This document shows positions 34,901 to 40,419 of a DNA stretch of 53,846 nt, piece by piece (positions within the stretch are counted from its first letter, which is position 1; every line of letters begins with the position of its first letter). The notes beneath the pieces are model-generated. The model searched no databases and was not told where the DNA came from. It worked only from the letters and a program-made list of their open reading frames with translations. This stretch comes from a virus, in IMG/VR virus record IMGVR_UViG_3300000558_000007; one strand, written 5' to 3'. Both the position numbers and the translations under genes were made by a program.

Positions 34901-35301
34901 AGGTTTCTGAAGGTGTAACAACCAGGTCAGGAGATCCTGTCTTTTTCGGCAACGAACCGATTAAAGGAGATCTTGGAACCGGAATTATGAGAGCTGCAGG
35001 ATTCAACCCAATCAAAATCGCAAAGCCCCGTGAAATCCAGTGGAACGAGACGACTTTAAAACAGCAGTATGCAGAAATGAAACGTGATATTTACAGCAGG
35101 ATTGTTCGTTATCATGCACAGCCTGTGACAAAAAAGGACCCGGATGAATGGCATGAAATTGTGTCGGAAATAAAAAAGTTTAATGCAAGGGTGAAAAGTC
35201 ATGGCTTAACTGATATAGTTCCACAAATTACAGGGAAAACTATTAAAGCTCGTATGAGAAGAGCATACCGCCCAAATAAGCGCGAACGCGAGAGGGCATA
35301 A
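22939..35301 (+). CDS. Giant polyvalent protein (4,120 aa): SNF2-like ATPase + N6-adenine methyltransferase + ART-like + HExxH metallopeptidase, with glycine-zipper/hydrophobic termini
   Basis: One uninterrupted 12,363-nt ORF. The motifs are listed in the sub-features below. It sits downstream of putative ejection proteins and upstream of the fibre and lysis genes. Confidence 0.85.
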   Translation: MTFSFMDDPRWIELDAQSKQGMINAAFADQVVSDPRWDSLEDNEKQYMHNSYLQDAKTYDMEVSPHAEGFVGAVKSGVKQTANSLRTAFNVVTNDEAEVEKLTQDASKILKTPQQQLFEEALQSRKTDDNVNATGWDSFKQGVSNVAGAAWEKPLGALHEAAGQVPNAGVIVGGALAGSALAGGALAGGMVAGIAGGIVGTLFGNTALETGGIAQDQTNAGNYDRADVLKKGAIKGAALTAFDVASIGLSKAIFTPAFKAVNKASQTAMQEVLKASKINPFDDAAVRVALAQDQALKTAVMNAGAKAAAEAAPKGIKGAGLFGTGMAIDTTMEGFGEYYSSKLAGLDANATDAILEAAMSIPHGVAEVSIGKTLAKAKEILPQSVGGDVSNIGAAQTTDEAVQAFESSISADLDTVMAKHVDPGGILSREQKVSQIRQESDQFGQFQEAFRDQKVNQFEQNLKQAQDDIQEYPDLPPIQPDVESLRKEWEERRASAQTNAPATSRSQLIADESNTFDDFLYNIQSESFEDGLRKAQADIKQPQQQSPIQPDVDALRLEYESRQADVRARQMSAPGSAPGREYELQQATNATDVSTMSQSEINSEIKRLGNVLEDYNSGVIKNIDERIIERYQSLVDEESGRRTGEKSEDFKKDSWFESKVKADKYLASLGYKNEGDSYLSSGKPHANIEKGGMHQGGFTVKFSDYPGDVEDDIKKAARILDKTENEVKRQYATVLDKYGVDEANRLLRINIEREINNGQAQDITLSLKDEKQRSFVDQRISKLGSIEAVDKAYNRDDQVSRYARAKAREFYGGEVLKTEITKEPWEMTRDEYVENNFNVDRESTYIDEIKAVSRGHKPSHYGAIRNDNAISAAKKDSSLKVYEDVTKSGDYIVVKDTESGRKTANELISLSQKRADIFSSKDIELIDEWNQKFSELMGYDQALINSIRDVSGRGNLKLEAARVHKYKIQEALKAGRNIPKSVLKDYPDLKTDTPGASDASAQQESTPTNNGNLSVAPGQAVTWKDKKGKSFSGEVVQKQGKSGQVWQVIKPDGKKTFVHEKNFYVVDKGAPVESENIHNFDTMVKEAARWRGAAMNVAERVSGDKKKALALSKQTTKGDLDAYLIKKYDIDELTARDVSNELTRKDIKPDKTAALDDFKNEPWYHLGSNTIESGPELSGRGSQNPKNDPQSGLPPTDEPQSYEDKQGSLFEEQTDQRRIPGSKTGDLAGGNERRYADTGGKEISSQQEVKPSVLPTNKLDKQEPKQEPWMQTQEDYLKSNKIDLKNRNKKGDAITAHLQSVKEAYRNGLNVPEENLKRYGLSGEDPEMDALERFDAKQKAKDKDTYGAKNKVFTAEAADKARDLLRKKLSGNQLNSGIDPEIMLAGIQLAGYHIEAGARTFAEYSKAMIQDVGDAVKPYLRSFYEGVRHFPEFDSGGMTSSIELDGKTESGNIDNYTTEENKNVAQYDTGTDSERNRGNSRTIDGLGEENISDGSGPATGADGTGVRSVDKEGVSGRGEGSPGYETPPAGKRGDQSPYSTDGPDGPEGSNAGSDNDTRGGDVGFDGKQPDRIPTKGVVDTAQKGSDLESKIADQKKAARIKTVNADLSNIETTLPILHPGQHEDVLFAETRFLKPDGHGVMLTNGTGTGKTFSGLGIIKRFERDGKKNILVIAPDNVIINAWTKAARLFDISMHKLYDTKDVGQDITITTYANFRDNKTLVSRDWDLVIADESHELSMNKAGGKTESLTMFRAITKHPRGVQDRAEFLHPDLFAARGDSKKADDAWQKALDEVRQDVSNSQQSKAVFLSATPFAYEKNIDYAEGYLFNYGADRDNIGYNSTDAYQQFMVEHFGYRMRYNKLTEPDAEVDRGVMQRQFNSWLKKEGALSSRVLSVDYDYDRRFILTESAVGQKIDDGFAFLHENYKEYNELTSFIKDGFDYLQRRYLLEAIKAKEVIPIIKDHLAHGRKVVVFHDYIKGGTTNPFNVKELIDSDFYNGKLKEQAEKLTDARPDLVNLPIKNLPAPLATLKAAFPGLLVVNGQTVSKKEMQENINTFNDDASGPCVLMVQSDKDKGWSGHDTTGKHQRVLINLGLPTRPTRAIQQEGRIYRVGQASDVMFRYLNTGTNWERWAFASTIAQRASAAENLAMGESARSLQDSFIDAFEASDNYHAGMPNEGKGGKEQDATNNAALTEWDRATSFYFGQQKKTARTKAKEGKDYFATPEPLGLKMVEWAGIESGDSVLEPSAGHGAIARWFPGNVDVTAIEPSDELSSRLKMVAPDAKVLQDDFENHHLTNKYDAIMMNPPFGSAGKTAMEHVEKAFKHLRDGGRLVAIVPRGPAMNKRVDKFLYGEDLDGKLLNPNAHLMAEFLLPESTFERAGTKVVSRVIIIDKKAGDVKPYHQLSLDYSGAKDLKEFFARIENSGAPARITTEERDSAKYSTSTDKKVNTDSDSFREWFGDSQVVDENGEPLVVYHGTNAHVTQFKKKYLGYETESGPAQRIAKIGFWFNEKPMAMREYSRESAGTNYKADMPVYLSIQEPFHTSLYDLFNYAEKRKDIEQYIKDIKADGYDGLSVNDSEFGGISYVAFSPTQIKSIYNTGTWDGSNPDIRYQIDSTPGQFLTLDQIKDIPIDDGRIIIRFSDAIDEDLSRGWSGFMGERSDNSPQDAVMQEFGQDLKFEEINNNLYFFYGEDGEKLGEVRKDNNTGDWVHVDHDGVAGFAIETDEYGDTVGEIIESLKNTPYHQWDFYESTDEGKIWKEDNPVVLFSGDAGENKNINIILVGASKETLNKFKKQLTTNAPISKLQTKIDSLPGKGLSIDQIKSQYKNQQITTQKDGTLSIRFTNGKGVKIRAVDHIGGDDIQVALKSGRMDRGGVILGKYQDGEITFNMNMANIGTAIHENYHALKALGMITPADEKTLNHFTKMLKSQKKYRYDIQEDMEENQANTLAQLVADRKNYREGSNVHALIQKLMDFFDALVHIGRQSARKLAREYESGDIYGREAETKSNQLLDGAQYSVSSDVTEEEQATAYSQILSGLKNVISNRKNKGPEYKPDIGVIEGNLGLMSHYSEGIPAMKRTFDELLKRSEWKFEKENELSKNGKESMIGTMDDLKKHNKSAYSSLKKYLLDRDINQIGSVLYQDEDGGWTIKSPKDEKTGKRTVLEEGIATKREARKLAIQYEIDAYPDPAGRDALRAFRSLTANLHDFYAKSWEDIVKDYEERGLSLPQVVTRTKSGEVRIDLKVALAQMGDRSSYYFPRQRSNGDWMVHAEKKGEHDFIEYRDSKIGADYLAGKLKAQGYTIKAHEVDGQIIEGPQKVGGISEDLYQGVKNILATQSMVNQALSETKLDAKQRTLGDIGLSGEWRGKDYFIPNGGVYEWSSSVLKDLGGREYSDHGKDGRSWSPGYWFESAPKDIEELVTNALYVSRGQETDVSFEISQSLANQLTDTLRARGSRARMIARSDAIGKDVHIGYETDPVSAIAQAVNSAAGGYAKQQVAMNTSKAITGQHYTWAEWQEQHNDYDALVSAEDELSALKKNSETEEERIADIDREIKDLQRERTGVATESEKSRQDRLFRIGKLFREKEKIRKWENDKQAAKLHQDIARLRSNIHKAYREYIQDNMLDPKRQKRAYTDAVNAVENVLKNDEAGDRAINTLKGLASVWFLGGRVSSAAINLTAMGTTVPAAMDAYGDIPLQRTMKHIVKAGKAYMSFVTGKGNVSQSDRLILEDIFSRGWVAAQLNMETVNALKSGPAQKYGKAVELLMIPFKVTEEFNRGTTILAAYKGIMAENPGMNREDALLKAKKVSDRAHGIYGVENQPALLRKGRGLRAASAMYIFQTYMHNYLTTLAYMIGRKQAKAATYMLLSPMVFGGAASSLLMPAIKMIFKAMDEDDPEEKIYQIAEELFGEAGGDVARYGLPGLAGVSLKGSLAPNLPDFQEPLDILGPIGGMMRNIYDGAVNITHGDYLKGIEKISPLAMGNVVKAYREVSEGVTTRSGDPVFFGNEPIKGDLGTGIMRAAGFNPIKIAKPREIQWNETTLKQQYAEMKRDIYSRIVRYHAQPVTKKDPDEWHEIVSEIKKFNARVKSHGLTDIVPQITGKTIKARMRRAYRPNKRERERA
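23431..23576 (+). other. Domain: N-terminal glycine-zipper hydrophobic segment
   Basis: VPNAGVIVGGALAGSALAGGALAGGMVAGIAGGIVGTLFGNTALETGG. Confidence 0.6.
27340..27690 (+). other. Domain: Gly/Asp/Ser-rich disordered linker
   Basis: GTDSERNRGNSRTIDGLGEENISDGSGPATGADGTG...GPDGPEGSNAGSDNDTRGGDVGFDG. Confidence 0.6.
27790..29340 (+). other. Domain: SNF2/SF2-type ATPase-helicase
   Basis: Motif I GTGTGKT (27871-27891), motif II ADESHE (28126-28140), motif III LSATPF, motif VI QQEGRIYRVGQ (from 29242). Confidence 0.8.
29560..30130 (+). other. Domain: N6-adenine DNA methyltransferase (motif I before motif IV)
   Basis: SAM motif VLEPSAGHGAI (~29659) and catalytic NPPFG (29848-29862). Confidence 0.8.
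30290..30790 (+). other. Domain: ADP-ribosyltransferase-like (ART-PolyVal type)
   Basis: FREWFGDSQVVDENGEPLVVYHGT...NDSEFGGISYVAFSPTQIKS matches my memory of the ART domain found in polyvalent proteins. Not verified by search. Confidence 0.55.
31440..31720 (+). other. Domain: zincin-like metallopeptidase (HExxH)
   Basis: AIHENYHALKALG, with HENYH at 31633-31647. Confidence 0.55.
33880..35301 (+). other. Domain: C-terminal hydrophobic/helical region (possible membrane insertion or channel)
   Basis: Hydrophobic stretches GLASVWFLGGRVSSAAINLTAMGTTVPAAM, AASAMYIFQTYMHNYLTTLAYMIG and ATYMLLSPMVFGGAASSLLMPAIKMIF. Preceded by a coiled-coil at ~33480-33800. Confidence 0.5.
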
Positions 35302-35325
35302 TACAAAAAAAAGGGTATAAAGAGA

Positions 35326-35706
35326 ATGAAACCACTACCAATGTCGCAGGGCCGTGTTGTCGCTAAAGGATCTCAGGAAAAAATGCTGATGGCTGTTGAC
35401 TCAGCCGGGAATGCACAAACAATAAGTTCGTCTGAGTATCGTGAATTTTTTGTGCCAGCCGGAGGAGATTTCAACGGGGCGCTTGTTCTTGTTCAGATCG
35501 GGACGTTATCCGGGTATGATCCTGAATCAAATCACATACCATTTTTCTGGTCTGACAAAAATCCTGATTCCGACCCAACTGCAGTTGTTGGTAATTTCGA
35601 CTGGTATGGCAAATCTTCAGAAATTGCCAAAAAAGCCGGATTTAGCATGGGTTTTTTTAAAGCGTCTACAGCCGGGTCAAAAGTTGTTATCTGGTGCAGA
35701 GAATGA
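35326..35706 (+). CDS. Hypothetical protein (126 aa)
   Basis: ORF with an RBS, directly after the giant gene. Confidence 0.45.
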   Translation: MKPLPMSQGRVVAKGSQEKMLMAVDSAGNAQTISSSEYREFFVPAGGDFNGALVLVQIGTLSGYDPESNHIPFFWSDKNPDSDPTAVVGNFDWYGKSSEIAKKAGFSMGFFKASTAGSKVVIWCRE

Positions 35707-37085
35707 TGCAAGGCATAATCAGGGAAAACATGGCATATGGTGCACCACACGGCATTAACGGCCATATGCTGTTATATGATAAACCTCCGAGTTCAAACCA
35801 AAAAATGCTTATCCCTTTGGTGACTTCAATTGTACCAGTAAAAGGAGAAGCTCCAGCAACATTTGCAAGATCAACAACAGCAACTGTAACTGACTTTGAA
35901 GGGATTGTTCATACTGCTAAAATAAATGAACTCAGGTTTCCTAATGCCAGGAGGGTTGAGAACTTACTATCAAACACAGAAACACTTTCAACACAAACAG
36001 TGTCTGTTATCTCTGGTGCATCTTATATTCTTTCATTCTCAGGTACTGGTACTATTACATTATCAGGTGCAGCAACTGGAACTTTATCTGGTTCGGCAGG
36101 GACAAGAGTGGAAGTCTCAAAGACTATGGCATCTACAAGCTTAACATTAACGGTTACTGGTTCTGTGTTGCAGGCAATGCTTGAGACAAAAACAGGAACC
36201 CAGACTAAAGCATCTGAATATGTTAGCTCTGGAGTCCTATCCTCCCCGTTTCACGGAGCGTATGTTGATGGAGTCAAGTACTTCACTACTGACAGGTCAT
36301 GTAATTTACTACCTAATCTTAAAGGTGCTTTGATCGAACCAGCAGCAACGAATTTATTCTTAAACTCCGATGCTCCTGTAACTCAGACAATCACTGTTGT
36401 GTCAGGAACTAAATATACTGTTTGGGGGACGGGTGTAGGGTCTGTGATTCTTTCAGGTGCAGGTACTGGAACTGTTACTGCAAACAATGCAGTAATATTC
36501 ACAGCAAGTTCTACAGCTTTGATATGCACCGTTGTATCAATGCTTACAATGCAAGTTGAAGCCGGTACCGGAGCAACAAGCTACATACCAACAACAGGTG
36601 CTCCTATTTCACGAACTGCTGATAATCTGTATTACACAGTAACTAATGTCATCACTCAAGGCCAAGGTAGTCTATATTGTGAAGTTATATTTAACTCAAG
36701 AACACCATTAGATGAACGGATTCTTTATTTGTCTGACGGAACAACTACAAACAGGTTAATTATAAATTTAAACTCTTCTGAGGTTATAGTGGTTTCGATA
36801 TTTAATAATAACACTCAGGTTGGAGCTCTTTCGAGTGGTGTAGTAACAGTACTTGGAGTTAAATATAAGATACTATTAACATATGAGGATGACAGTATGA
36901 AATTATATGTTAATGGATCTCTTCGTGCAAATGATACATCTGGGTTAATGCCAACATTTTCTCCATCCTACCTTAATATAGGTAGTCAATATGGCGGAAC
37001 ATCTGTATCTGTTGGACTGTTTAAGAACATCAAGTACTTTTCAAATGTATTAACAGAATCACAAGCAATAAGGATGACATCATGA
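35703..37085 (+). CDS. Tail fibre / receptor-binding protein with a LamG-like C-terminus
   Basis: ATGA overlap. T/S/G-rich beta repeats (TLTVTGS, GTGTVTAN). The C-terminus (KILLTYEDDSMKLYVNGSLRANDTSG) is typical of concanavalin/LamG domains. Confidence 0.55.
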   Translation: MMQGIIRENMAYGAPHGINGHMLLYDKPPSSNQKMLIPLVTSIVPVKGEAPATFARSTTATVTDFEGIVHTAKINELRFPNARRVENLLSNTETLSTQTVSVISGASYILSFSGTGTITLSGAATGTLSGSAGTRVEVSKTMASTSLTLTVTGSVLQAMLETKTGTQTKASEYVSSGVLSSPFHGAYVDGVKYFTTDRSCNLLPNLKGALIEPAATNLFLNSDAPVTQTITVVSGTKYTVWGTGVGSVILSGAGTGTVTANNAVIFTASSTALICTVVSMLTMQVEAGTGATSYIPTTGAPISRTADNLYYTVTNVITQGQGSLYCEVIFNSRTPLDERILYLSDGTTTNRLIINLNSSEVIVVSIFNNNTQVGALSSGVVTVLGVKYKILLTYEDDSMKLYVNGSLRANDTSGLMPTFSPSYLNIGSQYGGTSVSVGLFKNIKYFSNVLTESQAIRMTS

Positions 37086-37525
37086 GAGTGCAAGGGTATA
37101 TAGAGCTCGATTATAAAGAGATGAGTGATGAAGATTTTGACCAATTCAACCAGTTTATGAATCATTACCTTATGTATTATTACCGGATACATAAGGCCCC
37201 GAGAGAATACTACTTCTGCATCTTAGAGGATGCAGAGAATCTACCAGTTCTATTAGCTGCTATGACAGCAAGGAATCCGGTAATCAACGGACTCTGGGAC
37301 ATCGAAGGCACCCCTTATGGCAAGACAAGGTCCATAAACGAAGAGACCGGAGAAGTGACAATCTCAGGGGATGCAGAGTACGGTTTCAATCTCGGTATAC
37401 ATATCAGCCATACCCCTGGTGATCCAATATTGGATTCTGAAGGGAATGTGTCGGGATATGAGATAGTGACTGAGTTTAAACCATTGCACGGGTTCGCTGG
37501 CTGGGAACTGTGTCATGAATATTAA
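37082..37525 (+). CDS. Hypothetical acidic protein (147 aa)
   Basis: ATGA overlap, D/E-rich N-terminus. Confidence 0.45.
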   Translation: MRVQGYIELDYKEMSDEDFDQFNQFMNHYLMYYYRIHKAPREYYFCILEDAENLPVLLAAMTARNPVINGLWDIEGTPYGKTRSINEETGEVTISGDAEYGFNLGIHISHTPGDPILDSEGNVSGYEIVTEFKPLHGFAGWELCHEY

Positions 37526-37772
37526 CAAGGAAAATAATGTTACACAAGGAAACTGGGCTCCTGATATCACACCTGCTTTATGGGTTATCAAATCAGCCCC
37601 AGGTATTATACCAGTTTGGAAACAACCGACCGGCGCACATGACGCCTATGCCATCGGCGATCGGGTGCAGTGGCCGGATGGCGGAGCGATATGGGAATCA
37701 ACAATTGCTGCAAATACGACAGAACCAGGAACTTTGCTTGTCCGTGGGTACTGGATTGAGGTGACAGATTGA
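37515..37772 (+). CDS. Small protein with a CBM5/12-like carbohydrate-binding signature
   Basis: 85 aa. W..P.GAHDAY.IGDRV.W.DG...WES......EPG is reminiscent of chitin-binding type-3 motifs. Confidence 0.35.
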   Translation: MNINKENNVTQGNWAPDITPALWVIKSAPGIIPVWKQPTGAHDAYAIGDRVQWPDGGAIWESTIAANTTEPGTLLVRGYWIEVTD

Positions 37773-37777
37773 CAGAT

Positions 37778-38089
37778 ATGGATTTGTTGCTACTCAAATT
37801 AGAGACGCAAGAGAAAGCTTTTTGTAAGCTTGATGACAGACTTGACGGCATTGAAAAGGCGGTCGTTGAGATGGCGGTACAGCGAAAAGACATAGAGTAT
37901 TTGATAATGCAGGATACCGCGCTGTCAAAAAGAATCGACAATTTATACGCGCCTGACGGAGCTATCACAAAATTACAGGAATGCGCAAATGCTTGTCCAA
38001 AAAAAGACTTAACGACATCTATAAATACTTTGTGGGGCGCTGTAGGTTTGCTTGTAGCATTAATTGGAGTTCTGAAACTTTTGGAGTAA
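37778..38089 (+). CDS. Coiled-coil protein with a single C-terminal TM helix (candidate holin or lysis accessory)
   Basis: C-terminal LWGAVGLLVALIGVLKLL. Lies immediately upstream of the endolysin. Confidence 0.35.
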   Translation: MDLLLLKLETQEKAFCKLDDRLDGIEKAVVEMAVQRKDIEYLIMQDTALSKRIDNLYAPDGAITKLQECANACPKKDLTTSINTLWGAVGLLVALIGVLKLLE

Positions 38090-38092
38090 AAA

Positions 38093-38653
38093 ATGGCAAT
38101 TTTTGATATAGCATTTGAAAAAACGCTCAAAATAGAAGGTGGTTATATCCTTCACACAGTAAAAGGTGATAAAGGAGGCATGACATTCGCCGGGATAGCC
38201 CGTGTCTATTGGCCAGATTGGGCCGGGTGGCAGTTGATTGATGGCGGAGAAACCTCTGGCCCACGGATTGAAGCAATGATCAGGATTTTTTTCAAAATCC
38301 ATTTCTGGGATGTTATAAAGGGCGACCAGATTGGCTTTCAATCCGTTGCTGATGTTATATATGATTTTGCTGTTAATTCAAACGTAGATGATGCCACAAA
38401 GTGTGTTCAAGTGATTGTTGGAGCAAAGGTGGACGGTGATTTTGGGCCAAAAACATTCGCTAAATTAAATGAGTATGTTGTTAATGAAATGGCTGAAGAG
38501 CTTTTTTGTGCAAAATACAACCTGCTGAGGCTTTTTCGTTTCAAAGATCTTTGCATGAAAGATAAGCGAAAATGTTGGGACCGCGTAACAAGCAATTTAA
38601 AGTTTTTATGTGGTTGGATAAACAGAGTTCAGGATTTACAAAATGGACACTGA
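38093..38653 (+). CDS. Endolysin, glycoside hydrolase family 108 with a PG_binding_3-like C-terminus
   Basis: N-terminal FEKTLKIEGGYILHTVKGDKGGMTFAGI is the GH108 EGGY...D.GG.T..GI signature (nt ~38133). Confidence 0.8.
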   Translation: MAIFDIAFEKTLKIEGGYILHTVKGDKGGMTFAGIARVYWPDWAGWQLIDGGETSGPRIEAMIRIFFKIHFWDVIKGDQIGFQSVADVIYDFAVNSNVDDATKCVQVIVGAKVDGDFGPKTFAKLNEYVVNEMAEELFCAKYNLLRLFRFKDLCMKDKRKCWDRVTSNLKFLCGWINRVQDLQNGH

Positions 38654-39203
38654 ACTTTATAAGCTCGCCTGTGAGCTGTGTGAGGAGTCATATGTTAATC
38701 ATGTTGATCTTGGCACGACGGAGTATCTTGCCCGAGTAGTTAATTATAAGGGCATGGCAGTTCATATACTTGCGATATCTGGAACAAATGAATGGAGTGA
38801 TTGGATAAAGAACATTGATTTGAGATCAAGAAATGGGATTAAAAAAGATGCTTATGACGCAGCACACGAAATACATGCAGTTTTTAAGCCTATGCGTGGA
38901 ATACCATTGATAGTTACAGGTCATTCTCGTGGGGGGGCTGCTGCAATAGCCTACAAGAAACTGTTTGGTGCAGATTACTGTATTGCTTTTTGCCCTGCAA
39001 GGTGCTTAAGATATACCATCAACAGGTATATGGTAAACACGACCGTCTTCATGGACCCGGATGATATTGTACCTAAATTGGGATTTTTAAATTTTGGGCA
39101 TCCGCTTTGTAATTGGATATATCTTCCGGATGATTTCCCAGGACTTGAAATATCAAATCATTTTTTGAATCACATCAATAAATTTTTAGAGAATAAACTA
39201 TAA
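38643..39203 (+). CDS. Class-3 lipase / alpha-beta hydrolase
   Basis: ISGTNEWSDWIKNIDL, nucleophile elbow GHSRGG (38919-38933), DPDDIVPKLG, and a C-terminal His. Overlaps the endolysin stop. Confidence 0.75.
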   Translation: MDTELYKLACELCEESYVNHVDLGTTEYLARVVNYKGMAVHILAISGTNEWSDWIKNIDLRSRNGIKKDAYDAAHEIHAVFKPMRGIPLIVTGHSRGGAAAIAYKKLFGADYCIAFCPARCLRYTINRYMVNTTVFMDPDDIVPKLGFLNFGHPLCNWIYLPDDFPGLEISNHFLNHINKFLENKL

Positions 39204-39208
39204 AAATT

Positions 39209-39243
39209 AAACTCCAGTTTTTACAAAAAGTAAACTGGAGTTT
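39209..39243. terminator. Bidirectional terminator between the late arm and the accessory island
   Basis: aaactccagttt pairs with aaactggagttt (12 bp) around an 11-nt loop. A/T runs on both sides. Confidence 0.65.
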
Positions 39244-39258
39244 AAAAAATATCATAGG

Positions 39259-39441
39259 TTAATCTTTTTTTATTTCTGCTGCGACTTGCCGAATGCTTTC
39301 TGCCCATATTTTTAATAACCCAGAAAGATGATCTCTATCAGAATCGTCTTTTGCTTTTAGCTCCATATGCGATGCGATATTAATTAGCATCGCGTACGTC
39401 CATTTGTCAGGAGTTTTTATTTTATTCAATTGATACCTCAT
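39259..39441 (-). CDS. Hypothetical protein (60 aa)
   Basis: ORF only. No clear RBS. Confidence 0.35.
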   Translation of the reverse strand: MRYQLNKIKTPDKWTYAMLINIASHMELKAKDDSDRDHLSGLLKIWAESIRQVAAEIKKD

Positions 39442-39600
39442 TATAAAAAATATCTAAAAAGTAAAAATGAAATCACCAATATCATAAAAAAATAAACGGC
39501 TGAGAAAATGCGTCTTTTTTTTGAAAGATTGACAACCTTGTCCCCATTTACGCAAATAAAGCCGTCGCTACGTTCCAAAATTACTCCATCATTAAACAAT

Positions 39601-40419
39601 TCACTGTACATTTTTTATCTCCTTTCTTTTTTGGCCTATCTGTACCTGAAGTTTCGACAATGCAGCAACGCTCGGTTTAAGCTCATCTGGAGCGTCCATG
39701 TATCTGTTTTGGTTAAAGCTGAGCATTTCTGCTTTCGATAAGAGCATAAGATTTTCAGGATCAAAGTTTTCTCGGTTTCCGTCCCGGAATGAAACTACAT
39801 ATCCGTCAGGGATCGGGCCGAAATGCTGCTCGTATACCCAGCGTTGCTTATGCATAAACCTGGTTTTAGTTTTTTTAGCGACGTTGGGAATAGGCACTTT
39901 TATCTCTATGAGTTTGTCTTTGTTTTTACGCTCAAAATAAAGAGGACGTATTGTTTCCGGGACATTCCCTTTTTTGAATGACCCGGCATTTGCTTTTGTC
40001 AATCCCTGGCCTTTTGAGCCAGTGTTCCATGGCTTGTTTCCTTTTTTGAAACATCCTGTCCGGCCTGACTTGTAGCCATGATTTTTGATATATGCGTCGA
40101 TTTGATTTTCACCAAATTCTGTTCCGAAATTATCATTCAGCGATTTTGTGACATCAGGTATCGGTATTTTTTTATATGCGTCTTGGACGAACTCTGCCTG
40201 CTCTTTTGTGAGCAGCGTATACCGATTTTCAATGAGTTTCTCATTACCCTGGCGACCGCATTTTATATTATTCTTATAAATAAGCGTTTTGATGGCTGAT
40301 TCAGGCTTATTCAATCCGAATCTGTCATTGAATGCTTTTGTCAGATTCCTGGTGTTCATTCGTCGGTATCCTGCTCTTAAAAACTCAATATGTTCGTCAA
40401 AATAAATCCGTTTATTCAT
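39601..40419 (-). CDS. HNH homing endonuclease (HNH_3-like) with duplicated N-terminal DNA-binding modules
   Basis: 272 aa. C-terminal FMHKQRWVYEQHFGPIPDGYVVSFRDGNRENFDPENLMLLSKAEM. Two N-terminal repeats (NLTKAFNDRFGLNKPESAIKTLIYKNNIKCGR and DVTKSLNDNFGTEFGENQIDAYIKNHGYKSGR). Confidence 0.75.
   Translation of the reverse strand: MNKRIYFDEHIEFLRAGYRRMNTRNLTKAFNDRFGLNKPESAIKTLIYKNNIKCGRQGNEKLIENRYTLLTKEQAEFVQDAYKKIPIPDVTKSLNDNFGTEFGENQIDAYIKNHGYKSGRTGCFKKGNKPWNTGSKGQGLTKANAGSFKKGNVPETIRPLYFERKNKDKLIEIKVPIPNVAKKTKTRFMHKQRWVYEQHFGPIPDGYVVSFRDGNRENFDPENLMLLSKAEMLSFNQNRYMDAPDELKPSVAALSKLQVQIGQKRKEIKNVQ

Noticed and set aside
22939-35301. N4-like virion RNA polymerase in the giant ORF
   Set aside because: I looked for T7-like single-subunit RNAP motifs (T/DxxGR, motif A D..., motif B R...K...YG, motif C HDS) and did not see them. 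The recognisable motifs are SNF2, MTase, ART-like and HExxH instead.
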